DNA from: Nibricoccus sp.
GTDB lineage: Bacteria; Verrucomicrobiota; Verrucomicrobiia; Opitutales; Opitutaceae
Direction of reading: 5' to 3'
Length of the DNA: 64,000 nt
NCBI GenBank assembly: GCA_047602425.1
Contig: JASGHG010000001.1
Location: 1,120,001-1,184,000, forward strand
The notes beneath the pieces were generated by a model that worked only from the letters and a program-made list of their open reading frames with translations, was not told the DNA's origin and made no database searches. Each line of letters opens with the position of its first letter. Within the stretch, counting starts at the first letter, position 1. Shown in pieces: positions 45,827-55,421 of the stretch. A program made the position numbers and the translations under genes.

Positions 45827-46849
45827 ATGAACTCTCCCCAAAGCATCTGGTCCGACAAGCCCATGTCGACGGGTATAGCAGCCTTGGTTTGTTATGCCGG
45901 TGTGTTCAACGATGTCATCGACGTAGAAGAAATGGCATCACGGCTTGGAGTATCTGGCCAAGACGAATTTTATGCGACGGTCAATGAGCTGCACCGTCAG
46001 AATAGAATCATCGTCAGAGATGGCTTCGTTGCGCTGCCCAACCTCGACGATAGGATTTCCGTAAAAGCTGAAAAAATCGCTTTCACGAAAAAACTCATCG
46101 ACTCACGAATAGACGACCTGCGGAAACTCGGTCGGAACCCGCTAATCAAATTTGTCGGCATCTCAGGATCGCTTGCTGCCAACAATCCGACGCGGGATAT
46201 GTTGGGTCGATTGGATCTCGATGTGTTTCTTATCACAAGACGACATTGTCTATGGATATATAGAATATTATTTGGCATCCGTTATGTTTTCCCAAAAAAC
46301 AGGGAGGAGCCTGAGTTATGTATAAACTATCTTGTGGACGAGGCGCATTTAGCCATTCCGATCAAAAACTTCTATACGGCCACAGAAATTCAGAATTTGA
46401 TTCCAGTGACTAACGCTAGTTCTCTTCGTCAATTTCTTCAAGCTAACAGCTGGGTCCGCCACTACTACCCCAGGCCAGTCGATACTAAGACAACGTCATC
46501 TTTGAGCCAGCCGGAAAGTACGGTCGATAAATTGCTCTATTTTATCTTTATTTCTTTGAGGTGTGTAAAATGGATGAGCTTTAAACCCTTGAAGCAACTT
46601 TCCTTCAAATCCGATCCCCATCGCGGTGAAAGTCCATGTGCTTCACGAAATCCTCATGGAGGATATCACGCGTTGGTACAAAAGAAATTCGATCGGCTGG
46701 CAAAGGATTGGTACTCCGATTTGCTAGGCGACGATCTGATTGAAAAACTCTTCCCCGATGAGTTGAGCATCGAGATTCGCGAAGGCAAATCGGACGTCGA
46801 AGCGATGGCACAAGCTGCCATCGGAGCCCCTTATGGCAAATATGGATAG
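45827..46849 (+). CDS. Nucleotidyltransferase-fold-like protein
   Basis: GISGSLA...LDLDVFLIT (GS + DxD), LW, CINY.VDE..L, N.YTATEI..LIP. Start uncertain (45827 or 45863). Confidence 0.65.
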   Translation: MNSPQSIWSDKPMSTGIAALVCYAGVFNDVIDVEEMASRLGVSGQDEFYATVNELHRQNRIIVRDGFVALPNLDDRISVKAEKIAFTKKLIDSRIDDLRKLGRNPLIKFVGISGSLAANNPTRDMLGRLDLDVFLITRRHCLWIYRILFGIRYVFPKNREEPELCINYLVDEAHLAIPIKNFYTATEIQNLIPVTNASSLRQFLQANSWVRHYYPRPVDTKTTSSLSQPESTVDKLLYFIFISLRCVKWMSFKPLKQLSFKSDPHRGESPCASRNPHGGYHALVQKKFDRLAKDWYSDLLGDDLIEKLFPDELSIEIREGKSDVEAMAQAAIGAPYGKYG

Positions 46850-47684
46850 CACCACATATTACCAAAAGGTGGCGGGGTATTTTGATCGGGATGCTCCTGA
46901 TTTCGAGGAGCGTTATTGGAAGAATATAGTACTTCAACGGATTAGGCAATCGTTCCGCGAGGAGGTAAAAGCGCATAGCTTTAGCAACGTTCTCGAGATT
47001 GGTTGTGGCACCGGTTTGGACGTAGCGCATTTCGGCTCCATTTTTCCGGCCAGAAAAGTCTACGGGATCGATATTGCACCAGAGATGGTAGCAAGGGCCT
47101 GGCGAAAAATTGAGACAATGGGTTTGGAGAATGTGACTTTGGAGATAGGCACCCCTGAAAGTTTGGAAACACTTTTTCCAGATGTGCAGTTTGACCATAT
47201 ATACGTTTTTTTTGGCGCGTTAAATACTGTCCCTGACCTTCGCCGTGTAGCGGGAATACTTAAAAGTCGAATGAATCCCGAAGGAACGATGGTTCTCACT
47301 TTCGTGAACAAGTGGTATCTCGCGGACATGTTGATCGATCTCCTCAAATTTCGATTTAAACGGGCGTTCAAAAGAATTCGGAAGATATGGGGTGGTTATG
47401 CCGAGACAAAGCCACTCGAAAGCAGATGTTACTCACCGCGCGAAATCGCGAGCGCATTTGGGAACGATTTTGAGATTACTCGAAGAAGAGGATATTCGAT
47501 CCTGTATCCCGCGTGGTACAGGCTGAATTTAATTTTTAGACTGGGCAGGAGAATTACCGATTTTCTGTGGAAGATTGATCAAGTTCTCAATCGCACACCG
47601 GCGTGGTGTCTGGGCGAATATGCGCTCTATTGTTTCAAGACTAAAGAGGCAATTGTGCCCGGGCCTTCGAAAGACTCTTGTTAA
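46833..47684 (+). CDS. Class I SAM-dependent methyltransferase
   Basis: VLEIGCGTG.D, GIDIAPEM, FD....FGALN. Confidence 0.9.
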   Translation: MANMDSTTYYQKVAGYFDRDAPDFEERYWKNIVLQRIRQSFREEVKAHSFSNVLEIGCGTGLDVAHFGSIFPARKVYGIDIAPEMVARAWRKIETMGLENVTLEIGTPESLETLFPDVQFDHIYVFFGALNTVPDLRRVAGILKSRMNPEGTMVLTFVNKWYLADMLIDLLKFRFKRAFKRIRKIWGGYAETKPLESRCYSPREIASAFGNDFEITRRRGYSILYPAWYRLNLIFRLGRRITDFLWKIDQVLNRTPAWCLGEYALYCFKTKEAIVPGPSKDSC

Positions 47685-47725
47685 CCAATAAATATGCGAT
47701 GGCGGACGGCCGGTATTTCGCCGGT

Positions 47726-50700
47726 TTACTGAGGCGGTATGAAACGACTCAATGCAGCGTGGAGTTCAGCAACGCGAACCGGTTTGCTCACGTAATCGTT
47801 CATCCCGACTTCCAGACATCTTTCACGATCACCCTGCATCGCATTGGCTGTCATCGCAATGATATGGATTGGTGACGCGTGCAGACCGTTTACGCTGTGC
47901 GCGGCTTCCCGGCGACGTATCGTTTGGGTCGCTTCGTAGCCGTCCATTTCCGGCATGTGGCAATCCATAAAAATCACATCGTAGTTAATACGTTCTAGCG
48001 CGGTCAGCACTTCGAAGCCGTTGGCGACGACGTCCGCCGTACAACCGATTTTTGCCAGCAAGCCGAGCGCCACTTTTTGGTTCACGCGATTGTCTTCGGC
48101 CACGAGAATTCTGATCTTGGGCAAAGGAGGAAGTTCGGGCTCGTTGGCGTGAGTGGCGGCGCGAGCTTCCTGAGGTGCATCATCGTTCGCAAGATGCACC
48201 AATATATTTTGCAGCTGCGCTTGTTTTACGGGTTTCACTAAAAACGCGTCGATGCCCATGGCCTCCAGTTCCGCTTTTTTATAGGTGCTGCCGGAAGTCG
48301 CGAGCAGAACCAAACGCACCCTCGCGATGGCGGGATCGCTCTTTATCGCGCGGGCCAACATCAGCCCATCCATTTCAGGCATCTGCATGTCAACGAGTGC
48401 AATTTCGTAGGGAAATTTTTCCTTGGATGCCGTTTGCAGCGCGGCAAGCGCCGCCTTGCCTGACTCCACCGCATCCCGTTGCATGCGCAATGCAGCGAGT
48501 TGTTGGGAGTAGATCTTTCGGTTGGTTTCGTGATCGTCGACGATCAAAACCCGCACCGCACTCATATCCCGTTTATAGTTCGGCGAAGGCGTGGACATCC
48601 CTTTGAGCTTTCCGAACAGCGCGGTGAACCAGAACGTCGTGCCCTTGCCCAGTGTACTCTCGACACCAACCGAACCATTCATCATAGCCACCAACTGCTT
48701 GGAAATAGCGAGTCCCAGGCCAGTACCGCCAAATTTCCGTGTGGTTGAGGAGTCTGCCTGGTTGAACGGTTGGAACAGGCGCGTCTGAGCCTCCGAAGAA
48801 ATCCCAATGCCGGTATCGACGACTTGAAATTGCACACGAACACTTTCCTCGGTTTCATCCGACCGCGTCACACGCACAACCACTTCTCCCTGCGCGGTGA
48901 ACTTAATCGCGTTGTTCATCAGGTTGAGAAGCACCTGGCGCAAACGCCCGGGGTCGCCGCTGAGATGGCGCGGAATGTCGGGATCCACGTAGCTCACCAG
49001 TTCGAGGCCTTTCTTCAACGCCTGTCCCGCTAACATGTCGCGGGTGGATTCCACGAGTTCGACTAAATCAAAATCCAAAATTTCGAAAGTGAGTTTGCCC
49101 GCTTCGATCTTCGAGAAATCGAGGATATCGTTGACGATGGTCAGCAGGGCGTCGGCGCTGCTCTGCGCAGTGTGGGCATATTCGTATTGCTGGGGACTGA
49201 GTTCGGAGTCCAATAGAAGCCCCGTCATGCCGATAACGCCGTTCATTGGCGTGCGGATTTCGTGGCTCATGTTGGCGAGAAATTCGCTCTTAGCTCTTGC
49301 TGCTGTCTCGGCAGCCTCCTTGGCAACGCGCAACTCATGCGTACGCGCTTCGATCAGCCGTTCAAGTTCAGCCGTGCGCATTCGCGCGTGCCGCGCCCGA
49401 TATCGTATAAGGCCAACGATGCCCGCCGCTACGGTCCCAACCACGATCAAACCGAACCAAAAAGTCTGATAGTAAAAAGCCCGCACCGTGAACTTGAGTT
49501 CAGCACTCTCCTCTTCCCATCCGCCGGCGCTGTTTCGGACAGCCACGCGAAAATGATAGTCGCCAGGGGGAAGCTTGTCATAGCGGACACTGCGACGGTT
49601 TGAGACCTCGACCCAGGTGGGATCGAGCGGTTCAAGCCTCACTCGAAAGCTCATCTTTTCGGGCGCCACAAAATTGACCGCCGTAAAATAGATCTGCAGA
49701 TCGGTGGCTCCCGGTGGAATCACGACAGGCCCGGTGGTCGGCAGACTCGCACCGCCCACCTCCACGCGCTCGATCAACGGTACCGGCGGACGCTTGTCGG
49801 TTACAACCTGTTCGGGCCGGATCACCACCACTCCGCGATCCGTGGCAAAAAGCAAACGTCCCTCCTTGGTTCTCCAAGCGTTGGGGCTGCCGATGAGGTT
49901 GCATTCGGCGGGCACGAAACCATCGAAACGATTGAACAGTCGCGGCTCCAACATGCGACGCCGTCCGTCCGCGACCTCGTCGAATTGTTCGCATGCGACC
50001 CGCATAAACCCTTCGGGGCAGGCGATCCAATAAGAGCCTTGGCCGTCCTCAAGCATGCCCGCAATGGAATCGTCCATCAATCCGTCGCGGCTGGTGAATA
50101 TTCTCCAACGCCCTTCTTTCAAGCGGCTGAGTCCGCCACCGTCTGTTAAAACCCAAATCGCACCCGCCGCGTCTTCGAAAATTGCCACGGCCGGGGCCTC
50201 CGCAATTTCAACGCCCGAACGGTAGACCGCCCATTGCCCCGCGCGCAGACAGGCCACTCCCGCCGGTGGCACGGCCACCCAGATGTCGCCGTTTCTGGCG
50301 CGTATTACCGACTTGAATACATTGCTGGATAATCCCGGAATTGTATTCTGCCCGTGGAAATCGCCGCCCGTGCCATGGTAGAGCGCGCCGTCGCAGGCGA
50401 CCCAAACGCCGTTTCCTCCGTCGGGCGCAATGCCATTGACCCGGGCATGTGCGATGCCCGGCAATTCGGCTTGGGGTGCGGCGGTCATGCGATTCTGCCA
50501 TTCCGCGGCGTTGCCGGGTTGGTAGTAGTTGGTTGTTTCAATGCCTTCGTAACGAAATAAACCGTTGGCCGCACCGAACCACATGGTACCGGTTGGTTGT
50601 TCCTCGATTGCGATGACCTGTTTCAGGTCGGCGAGGCCGGGGGCGTCAAAGCGCGTCGCGATTTTGCCGTCGTAGTGATAAAGTCCGCCACCCCAGAGGC

Positions 50701-51793
50701 CGATCCACCACGTGCCGTCGGCGGATTCAAAGATCGAGTTCGTCGAGGTCTGATCGAGGCCCTGCTCTTTGCCGACGATGGCGCTGGCCGAGTCCGCAAG
50801 TTGAAAAAGCCCCGCCGTGCTCGCAACCCAAAGCTCACCGTCGCGGCCTTCAAAAATCTGCTGGATCGCGGTCCCGCCAAAAAATTCGCGCGATTCCGTC
50901 GACTCGATGCGATCGTTGCTCATCCGAAACAATCCGCCGTACGTGCCAATCCAAAGATTCCCGCTTCGGTCGAAGCGCAGATCCGTGACGCGAATATTAA
51001 GCAAACCATCCGCTATGCCATAATTCGCCACATGGTCGTCCGCGCCGATACGGTAAACTCCTTCGCTCGATCCGACCCACAAGGAACCATCAGCACCCGC
51101 CACGGCACCGGTAAACGCATTGCCTTGCAACCCGAGTTGATCGGAAACGCGTTCGATTCTAGTTCCCACAATTCGCCACAAGGCGTCACCGCTCACCCAA
51201 ATACTTCCGTCGGGACGTTCAAGGTACGAGCGCACCACCCCATCGATGCGTTCCCAAGCTCCTTCCGGCGCCACGATTTTTCCGTCGCGTACAAAAGAAA
51301 AACCCGCGCGCGTGCTCACGACCAGGGTGCCATCTTTCGCGATAAAAAGTGAGCGAACAGAATTGCTGGCCAGCCCATCCTTTGTGGTGAATCGCTCAAA
51401 GAATCCATTTTTCCATCTAAACAGTCCATCGTCGCCCCCCACCCAGATCGTTCCATCGGTCGACTCCTGAATGGCATAAAATCCGCCACGCAATAATTCC
51501 GAGTGAGTGTTTCCAGTGTAAGCCGTAAAACGATTCCCATCAAAACGTGCGATGCCCTTGGTTGTGGCGATCCAGAGATAGCCTTCGCGCGACTGGGTGA
51601 GCGCGTTGATTTTATTCGAAGGCAAACCGTGTTCCGTAAACCAACCATGCACCGTATAACTGTTGGCTTTCCGGTCGGCATTTAACGCAAAAACCCGCGC
51701 AGCCGTGAACAAACAGCCCAAGGCCAGTAACAATGGGAGAACGAAAATCTGCGAAGTTGGGCGTATTTGATTCTGAAATACAGTCACAGGCAA
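47726..51793 (-). CDS. Hybrid sensor histidine kinase (beta-propeller sensor, Y_Y_Y domain, HisKA, HATPase, two receiver domains)
   Basis: Repeated G.LW.GT..GL blades; [34 protein letters not shown]; two REC domains ([18 protein letters not shown]). Start uncertain. Confidence 0.94.
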   Translation of the reverse strand: MPVTVFQNQIRPTSQIFVLPLLLALGCLFTAARVFALNADRKANSYTVHGWFTEHGLPSNKINALTQSREGYLWIATTKGIARFDGNRFTAYTGNTHSELLRGGFYAIQESTDGTIWVGGDDGLFRWKNGFFERFTTKDGLASNSVRSLFIAKDGTLVVSTRAGFSFVRDGKIVAPEGAWERIDGVVRSYLERPDGSIWVSGDALWRIVGTRIERVSDQLGLQGNAFTGAVAGADGSLWVGSSEGVYRIGADDHVANYGIADGLLNIRVTDLRFDRSGNLWIGTYGGLFRMSNDRIESTESREFFGGTAIQQIFEGRDGELWVASTAGLFQLADSASAIVGKEQGLDQTSTNSIFESADGTWWIGLWGGGLYHYDGKIATRFDAPGLADLKQVIAIEEQPTGTMWFGAANGLFRYEGIETTNYYQPGNAAEWQNRMTAAPQAELPGIAHARVNGIAPDGGNGVWVACDGALYHGTGGDFHGQNTIPGLSSNVFKSVIRARNGDIWVAVPPAGVACLRAGQWAVYRSGVEIAEAPAVAIFEDAAGAIWVLTDGGGLSRLKEGRWRIFTSRDGLMDDSIAGMLEDGQGSYWIACPEGFMRVACEQFDEVADGRRRMLEPRLFNRFDGFVPAECNLIGSPNAWRTKEGRLLFATDRGVVVIRPEQVVTDKRPPVPLIERVEVGGASLPTTGPVVIPPGATDLQIYFTAVNFVAPEKMSFRVRLEPLDPTWVEVSNRRSVRYDKLPPGDYHFRVAVRNSAGGWEEESAELKFTVRAFYYQTFWFGLIVVGTVAAGIVGLIRYRARHARMRTAELERLIEARTHELRVAKEAAETAARAKSEFLANMSHEIRTPMNGVIGMTGLLLDSELSPQQYEYAHTAQSSADALLTIVNDILDFSKIEAGKLTFEILDFDLVELVESTRDMLAGQALKKGLELVSYVDPDIPRHLSGDPGRLRQVLLNLMNNAIKFTAQGEVVVRVTRSDETEESVRVQFQVVDTGIGISSEAQTRLFQPFNQADSSTTRKFGGTGLGLAISKQLVAMMNGSVGVESTLGKGTTFWFTALFGKLKGMSTPSPNYKRDMSAVRVLIVDDHETNRKIYSQQLAALRMQRDAVESGKAALAALQTASKEKFPYEIALVDMQMPEMDGLMLARAIKSDPAIARVRLVLLATSGSTYKKAELEAMGIDAFLVKPVKQAQLQNILVHLANDDAPQEARAATHANEPELPPLPKIRILVAEDNRVNQKVALGLLAKIGCTADVVANGFEVLTALERINYDVIFMDCHMPEMDGYEATQTIRRREAAHSVNGLHASPIHIIAMTANAMQGDRERCLEVGMNDYVSKPVRVAELHAALSRFIPPQ

Positions 51794-52040
51794 TTCGGTC
51801 GTGGACGGCCGGGATATGCGGTCAAAATTGGTCTAAAAAATTATATTATCCCACTGATCTACGACTCATATTTAGCGCGATTTAGCCGATTATGCCAACG
51901 GAGAGTCGCGCAAAAGAATCGACTCGATCAGGCACAGCCCGTCCGCCGAATTTTGTTAAACATTTTCCCTGAAATTGAATTTTCAAGACGCCATGACATA
52001 CGTACCTCTACTCTCGGTTTCACCACTCAAAAACGCGTTT

Positions 52041-53384
52041 ATGAAACGTCACGATACGCAGAAAATCTCCGCGTCCCAGTCGCTCTCCTCAACCGTTTCA
52101 TGGGAGGTGCGTCGTGCTTTCCCAGCCTTGCGGATTTGTTTCATGACAGTCATGTTGTTTACCCTGATTCCGCCAGCGTCCGCCGCCGAATGGCTGCTCA
52201 CCGGAGAATTGGGCGCCCACGATCCATGCCTCATCAAAGAGGAGAGCGACTATGCCAACGGCAATTGGTGGTGGAGCCCCGCCACCGGTCCTGGACTGTC
52301 GATGAAGTTCTCGACGGACGGCATCAAGTGGCGTCAAGGCCTCCAGTTTTTTACCGAAGACAGCAAGCCGGTCTGGTGGACCGAATACGCTCCGGCGATG
52401 AGACCGCTGAACGTATGGGCGCCAGACCTACAAAAATTCGGCAACCGGTTTTGGTGCTATTACAGTGTTTCGGAATTTGGAAAAAATAATTCCGCTATCG
52501 GGCTTACATCGTCATCCGGTATCTTTCGGGGAGACTGGCAGGATGACGGCGTGGTCATCTCTTCAAAGCAGAACAAGGACACTTACAACGCGGTTGACCC
52601 CAGCCTCGTCATCGACGAACAAGGAAGCCCCTGGCTGACGTTCGGGTCCTACTACGATGGCCTGCATCTCGTCCAACTCGATCCGAAGACCATGAAGCCC
52701 GCAGCGAACGCGGCTATTCTAACCATCGCACGGCGCCAAAGAGACCTCGGCCTTGAGGCGCCCACCATTGTCTACGCGAATGGCTACTATTACTTGTTTG
52801 TGGCGATCGACGTTTGCTGCAATGGCAAGGTTAGCACCCACAAGGTCGCCTGCGGCCGCGCCAAAAATATCGTCGGCCCATACGAGGGAAAACCGGGCGA
52901 CGTAAAAAACGCCGTCACCAACATGTTGACCGGCAACCTTACGATTCTTGAAAAAGGCGACGAGCGCTGGGCCGGCATGGGCGGCGCTTACGTTTATCGT
53001 CGCGGCGATGGCTGGATTATTGTGCGGCATGGATACGACAAAAATTCCGGCGGCACGCCCAAGATGCGGATCAACGATCTCTACTGGGACGCCCAAGGCT
53101 GGCCGACCTTCGTGGCTCCGGACTTGCCGAACCAAACCGTAGCGGCAGGCGAGACAGTCAATTTCACCGCTCCATCAAGCATCACCTATCAATGGCAAGT
53201 TTCCACGGATAATGGTGCCACGTGGGCCAACATCACCGACAACGCGACGTATAATGGCGCGTCCAAGTTGACACTCGCCGTCAAGGCCTCGAGCACGATG
53301 AACGGTCACAAGTACCGAGTCGTGACCGGCAACGGCGGCGCCACCAGCAATGCTTTTTTACTTACCGTCAAGGACACGGAATAA
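52041..53384 (+). CDS. GH43 glycoside hydrolase (arabinanase-like) with C-terminal Ig-like domain
   Basis: AHDP, WAPD, YYSVS.FG.NNSAIGL, NAVDP, FGSY..G, LEAP; Ig-like YQWQVS..NG.TW...YR. Start uncertain. Confidence 0.9.
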   Translation: MKRHDTQKISASQSLSSTVSWEVRRAFPALRICFMTVMLFTLIPPASAAEWLLTGELGAHDPCLIKEESDYANGNWWWSPATGPGLSMKFSTDGIKWRQGLQFFTEDSKPVWWTEYAPAMRPLNVWAPDLQKFGNRFWCYYSVSEFGKNNSAIGLTSSSGIFRGDWQDDGVVISSKQNKDTYNAVDPSLVIDEQGSPWLTFGSYYDGLHLVQLDPKTMKPAANAAILTIARRQRDLGLEAPTIVYANGYYYLFVAIDVCCNGKVSTHKVACGRAKNIVGPYEGKPGDVKNAVTNMLTGNLTILEKGDERWAGMGGAYVYRRGDGWIIVRHGYDKNSGGTPKMRINDLYWDAQGWPTFVAPDLPNQTVAAGETVNFTAPSSITYQWQVSTDNGATWANITDNATYNGASKLTLAVKASSTMNGHKYRVVTGNGGATSNAFLLTVKDTE

Positions 53385-53398
53385 CCGTTCCCAGCGGC

Positions 53399-54169
53399 TT
53401 ATTCCTCGCCCATCGCTTCCTCAAGGAAGTTCATTTGCGAGGCATCGGCCCGCTGATTGAGGAGTTTTCGCAGGAACATGGTGCGGTGCTGGTTTGACGC
53501 GCCATACTGCAGCACCGCCAGCCGGTGCTCCTCCGTGCCGTAGCCTTTGTGCTGCGCGAATCCATAATTTGGATACTGCGCGTCGAGCTCGTTCATCAAA
53601 CGATCGCGCGTGACCTTGGCAACGATCGAGGCCATGGCGATACAGAGCGACCGCGCGTCGCCTTTCACGATGCCGTTGTGCGGATAGGGGAAACTTTTCA
53701 GCGGTAAACCGTCGATCAGGATACGACAGGAAACCTGCGGGATGAATTTCGCGGCTTCCTCCGGCGACGTAAACAGATCCGGCTCGGTCCGGCGTTCGAA
53801 AGCGCTCGGCGGATAGATGCCTTCGAGGGCGCGGCGCATAGCGAGCTTGGTTGCGCCCAGGATGTTGAAATTTTCGATTTCCTCGACCGAAGCCGCACCG
53901 AAGTTGGCATGGATCTGGCCTTGGGCCACAAGCGTCTCGAAATCGAAGTACAATTCGGCCCGCTCAGCCGGCGTGAGCATTTTCGAGTCATTGACCTTTT
54001 GGGCCTTCGTCATCGCCCAACGGCTTTCGAGAAAATCTTGGTTCACCATCACCGCCGCGGCCACGACCGGCCCGGCCAGCGAACCGCGGCCCGCTTCATC
54101 GACTCCGATGAGGCTGGAAAAACTTTCGATTTGTTTAAGGTCAAATCCGCGCAGCTGGCGGCGTTTCAT
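53399..54169 (-). CDS. rnhB: Ribonuclease HII
   Basis: GVDEAGRGSLAGPVVAAAV, NDSK.L, LIDG, VKGD, ASIVAKVTRD, HKGYGT..H. Confidence 0.96.
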   Translation of the reverse strand: MKRRQLRGFDLKQIESFSSLIGVDEAGRGSLAGPVVAAAVMVNQDFLESRWAMTKAQKVNDSKMLTPAERAELYFDFETLVAQGQIHANFGAASVEEIENFNILGATKLAMRRALEGIYPPSAFERRTEPDLFTSPEEAAKFIPQVSCRILIDGLPLKSFPYPHNGIVKGDARSLCIAMASIVAKVTRDRLMNELDAQYPNYGFAQHKGYGTEEHRLAVLQYGASNQHRTMFLRKLLNQRADASQMNFLEEAMGEE

Positions 54170-54264
54170 CGGGTTTGTTGTAAATATCTTCGCCAAGGGC
54201 GCAAGCACGCGGCACACCTTGAGTCACATCGTATATTTCAGGACAATATCGACCACTTTCCAAC

Positions 54265-54735
54265 ATGACTTTGATGGAGACTTTCGAATTTCTAAGCTAC
54301 GTCGTGACCGTCGTGGGCCTTCCGTTCGCGATCATTGTTTTTATTCTCGAACAGCGAAAGGAACGCGACAACGAGGAGGAGGAAATCTACCAGCGTCTTT
54401 CCGACGAGTACCGCGAATTCCTCAAGCTCGTGCTGGACAATGCCGACTTACAATTGCTTCGTCGCGAGGGCGTGCGCCACGAATTCACCGAGGAGCAAAA
54501 GGAACGCCGCCTCGCGATCTTCGGCATCCTGATCTCACTTTTCGAACGCGCCTACCTGCTCGTCTACGAAGATGACATGGACAAAAAAGCCTGCCGCCTC
54601 TGGAAATCCTGGGAAGACTACATGGTGGAATGGGTACGCCGTTCGGAATTTCGCGATGCGCTCCCGAGCCTGCTCGAAGGCGAGGACGAAGAGTTCACGC
54701 AATATATCCAGCAACTCGCGGCGAAGAAGGGATAG
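54265..54735 (+). CDS. Hypothetical protein with N-terminal TM helix
   Basis: 156-aa ORF with typical codon use; one TM helix then an acidic helical domain (LFERAY, W.SWEDY..EW). Confidence 0.75.
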   Translation: MTLMETFEFLSYVVTVVGLPFAIIVFILEQRKERDNEEEEIYQRLSDEYREFLKLVLDNADLQLLRREGVRHEFTEEQKERRLAIFGILISLFERAYLLVYEDDMDKKACRLWKSWEDYMVEWVRRSEFRDALPSLLEGEDEEFTQYIQQLAAKKG

Positions 54736-54770
54736 CGTCGGCCAAAATCCTTTCGCCTCCGAGGCCGTTG

Positions 54771-55421
54771 TCAGCCTCGCTGTTGATAATATTTAGCCGT
54801 CGCCTGACTGCGTGAATGCACATGCAGTTTTTCATAAATTCGACGGGTATAGGTTTTCACCGTAAAAACATTCAGGCTTAGCTTGTCCGCGATTTCTTTA
54901 TAGAGAAATCCCTGCGCCAAAAGATCGAGCACCTGTTGTTCACGCGCCGAAAGCTGTTCGGTATCCTGAGGCACGCTCGGCGGCGCCGAAAAGGATCTCA
55001 CCACTTTGCGCGCGATCGCACTGCTCATCGGCGATCCGCCCTCATGAATTTGCTGGATCGCTGCGATCAGATCCTCCCGTCGGGTGCTTTTGAGTAAATA
55101 GCCCGTAGCTCCCGCCGCGAGAGCCTGGAAAATATGTTCAGGGTCGTCGTACACCGTCAGCATGAGAAACTGCGTTTGCGGCATCAGCGGTTTCAAACGT
55201 CGCACGCATTCAACGCCGCTCATCTGCGGCAAATTGATATCCATTAAAATCACGTCGGGTCCGTCGTTGGGCAACGCGGCAACAGCTTTTTCGCTTTCAC
55301 CGAAATCGCTCACAAGCGCGAGGGAGGGAGCGCTCCGCACGACGTTGCCCAAGATCCGCCGCGCAGGCTCGTCATCTTCGACAATGGAAATTCGTATGGG
55401 TTTAATCTGCGGGGAGGTCAT
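54771..55421 (-). CDS. NarL/LuxR-family response regulator
   Basis: IVEDD, LMDINLP, GYLLK; HTH LSAREQQVL..LAQG..YKEIA..L...TVK....IYEKLHV. Confidence 0.94.
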   Translation of the reverse strand: MTSPQIKPIRISIVEDDEPARRILGNVVRSAPSLALVSDFGESEKAVAALPNDGPDVILMDINLPQMSGVECVRRLKPLMPQTQFLMLTVYDDPEHIFQALAAGATGYLLKSTRREDLIAAIQQIHEGGSPMSSAIARKVVRSFSAPPSVPQDTEQLSAREQQVLDLLAQGFLYKEIADKLSLNVFTVKTYTRRIYEKLHVHSRSQATAKYYQQRG

